Positions 61,417 through 64,000 of a stretch of DNA of 64,000 bases are shown in pieces. Positions within the stretch are counted from its first letter, which is position 1, and the number at the start of each line of letters is the position of its first letter. The position numbers were made by a program, and so were the translations under genes. Source of the stretch: Octopus bimaculoides (Eukaryota); contig NC_068982.1 of assembly GCF_001194135.2 (NCBI RefSeq), positions 134,297,153-134,361,152 on the forward strand. Reading direction: 5' to 3'. The notes below the pieces were generated by a model. The model was given only the letters and a program-made list of their open reading frames with translations, was not told the origin of the DNA and did no database searches.

Positions 61417-63449
61417 CCTACTCAGAGTAGATAATTTTCCAATTTTGGATAGTCTGTTAGATTTTCCTTGCATTTTACCAATGGTTCCTTTATTGATCCC
61501 TTGAAGATGAAAGGTAAAGTCCTCCCTAGTGGAGTAATTAATATTAAGGTATTTATAAAATAATTTCTTGCATTGAGAAACAAGATCATGAATTTAGAAG
61601 CATGTCATGTAATCATTTGATCAGTATATGACTGGTCCTTCTTTTTATCACATACCCTCCCTCCACTTGGTTTGATATGGCCTGAGAAAATAAAGAGATG
61701 TAATTAAATACCACAAGGTATTTAATACTTTTTGTTGCTGCTGCTCATACCACATCAACACCTTAGTATCAGGAATAGTAATAATCCTTTCTAATATAGG
61801 CACAAGGCCTGAAATTTTGTGGGGAAGGGGCTAGTTGATTGGATCCAGTACTCAACTGGTACTTAATAGGTTGACTCCAAAAGGATGAAAGGCAAAGTCA
61901 ACTTTGGTGGAATTTGAACTCTGAACACAAAGACAGGTGAAAGCATTTTGTATGGCCTGCTAACAGTTCAGTGAGCTCACCACCTTAAATAATTCTTTCT
62001 ACTATAGGCACAAAGCCTGAAAGTTTTGCAGGACGGGGCTTGTTGATTACATCAACCCCAATGCTTATCTGGTGCTCATCGATCACAGCAGCATTTGAAC
62101 CCTGAACATAGCACAGTAATAATTCTGCCAGCTTGTCATTTTAATTATAATTATGGTTTCATATTTTGGCATCAAGGGCAGCAATGTTTGACAGTTGTAT
62201 GCCTGTTACATGAACCTCTGTGTTCAATCAGTACCTATTTTATCAGCTTTGAAAGGATGAAAGACAAAGTTGATCTTGGCTGCATTTGAATTAAGAATGT
62301 AGAGTCAGAAGAAATACCACTAAGCATTTTGTCTGGCATGGAAGCAATTTTGTAAGCCTGGTTTATATACATCAGCACAAGCCCCCACTTCATGCACATA
62401 CAGGAGGAGGAGCAAAGTTAGTTAATTTCCAGTATGTTACCAAGACTAATTCCTCCACTTCTGGAAGGATAAAGTCCTAAGTCATCCCAGACAAGATTTG
62501 AACACAAAAAGATATAGTCAAATATAGCAAAGCATTTTCTCTAACACTTGGCCAATACTGCTGCCTACTCTGCCTTAGGATTGTTTGTACGAGGATGATC
62601 ATTATCATCAATAACAAAGTTTCTTTAAATTCTTACTTATCTCTTCTCTGTCAAATTTCTAGTACAAGGTAAGAAATTCTGTGAAGGAAAGAGAAGTTAA
62701 TTTTTTGGACCCCACCTCCTGTCCAAGATTCTTTGAAAGTATGAAAGACAAAAGTTGACCTTGGAAGTATTTGAACTCACAACATAAAGAGCCAAAACAA
62801 AACACAAATCATTTTCTCTGATGTTTTAACAATTCTGCTATTGCTTTTAAAAGTCTTAATTATTATTTTAAGGTTATTTTAGAAGGAAATTGTTAGCTGA
62901 AGTAGATTTACTGTTATATATAGAACAGGAGCAAAAAGGAAATATTTACATGGTTGATTGACCTGCTTGACATAGTAGCCAAACTTCCTAAATCACACCC
63001 TAATGTGTTTCAAAAAGGAAAGGAGGCATTAGAAAATGTAACCCTAAATATATCTAAGACAGGATGGTCACAGCTGGAATCAGATTGTAGGCCTGCTTCA
63101 TCAAGACAACTAGTACATATTTTATAGCCTATCAACTGATAGTAAATAAATGAAAGGTAGTTTATCTTTGGCAGGATTTGAACTTTGAATATAGCAAATT
63201 AGAACTGTACACCATTCTAAGACATTTAGATCAACACTATGATTTTACACTTAGTCACTTCCTTCTGAGATAATAATAGCAATAAAAATGATGGCGATGA
63301 TAATTGTAATAGAAATAATGGGATTAATTGCTTACTCGTGATGTAATTGACCAGTTTTAATGCTCTCTTTATAGTTGCTAACTTGAGTCCTTATGGTAGT
63401 TTGACCTTGCTATATCAATCAAGCCTTTCTTCAATGTATAAAATTAGAT

Positions 63450-63481
<32 letters not shown>

Positions 63482-63734
63482 AGTCATTGTTTTAACATTT
63501 ACTATTCTATGCTTTCATGGGTCAGACAGAATTTGTTGAGGTAGATGTGTAACCCTCACCTGTTTCCAAGCAATGTAAAAGTGTATAAACCTATCAAACA
63601 ATAAATCAGCTTGGACTAGGTTTACAAACCCCTTGTTTACAAAAGTCATGCAACATGTTAGAAGGCCCATGCATGCTTTTGTGATTGATTGTAAGTATAC
63701 AACACTGCCTGTGTTTGATAGAAAGGATGTGTGT

Positions 63735-64000
63735 GTGTGAAAGCGTATTGTTCTGCGGTTAGCATGTCAGGCTCACAATCAGGACATAGTGAGTTCTATT
63801 CCCAGACTAGGTTGTGTTGTATTCTTGAGCAAGACACTTTATTTCATGTTGCTTCAGTTCACCCAACTGTAGAAATGAGTTGTGACATCACTGCTGCCAA
63901 GTTGTATCAGCCTTTGCCTTTCCCTTGGATAACATCGGAGGCATGAAGATGGGTGGCTGGTATGCATAGGTGATTGCTGGTCTTCCATAAACAATTTTGT
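63735..64000 (+). mobile_element. tRNA-derived SINE (third family), decayed
   Basis: 'cttgagcaagacactttatttcatgttgcttcagttcacccaactg', related to 20030-20337. Confidence 0.7.

Overview
AT-rich eukaryotic genomic DNA, very likely from an octopus (coleoid cephalopod). The species call is inferred from my recollection of octopus-type tRNA-derived SINE and RTE-tail repeat families and the dense CA/TA/GA microsatellites. There are five assembly gaps (5271-5327, 15047-15780, 36844-36853, 41262-42257, 51042-51610), and all long ORFs in the supplied track are gap or microsatellite artefacts. Most of the window is SINEs, decayed LINE fragments (RTE, Tx1/L1, R4/Dong-type RLE), and DNA-transposon derivatives (mariner, Merlin/ISXO2-like, piggyBac-like and other MITEs). 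There is also a Penelope-type minimal hammerhead ribozyme. I could not recognise any host protein by homology. The unique sequence suggests a CpG-retaining central domain (about 12.6-30 kb) with promoter-like regions at about 13-16 kb and 29.4-29.9 kb. The latter looks bidirectional. It drives leftward a spliced minus-strand ORF with a signal-peptide-like start (METKLSEISV...), whose downstream exon chain stays in phase only if in-frame UAG codons are read through or edited. It drives rightward a plus-strand transcript of short candidate exons with no long ORF. All gene models are manual and provisional.
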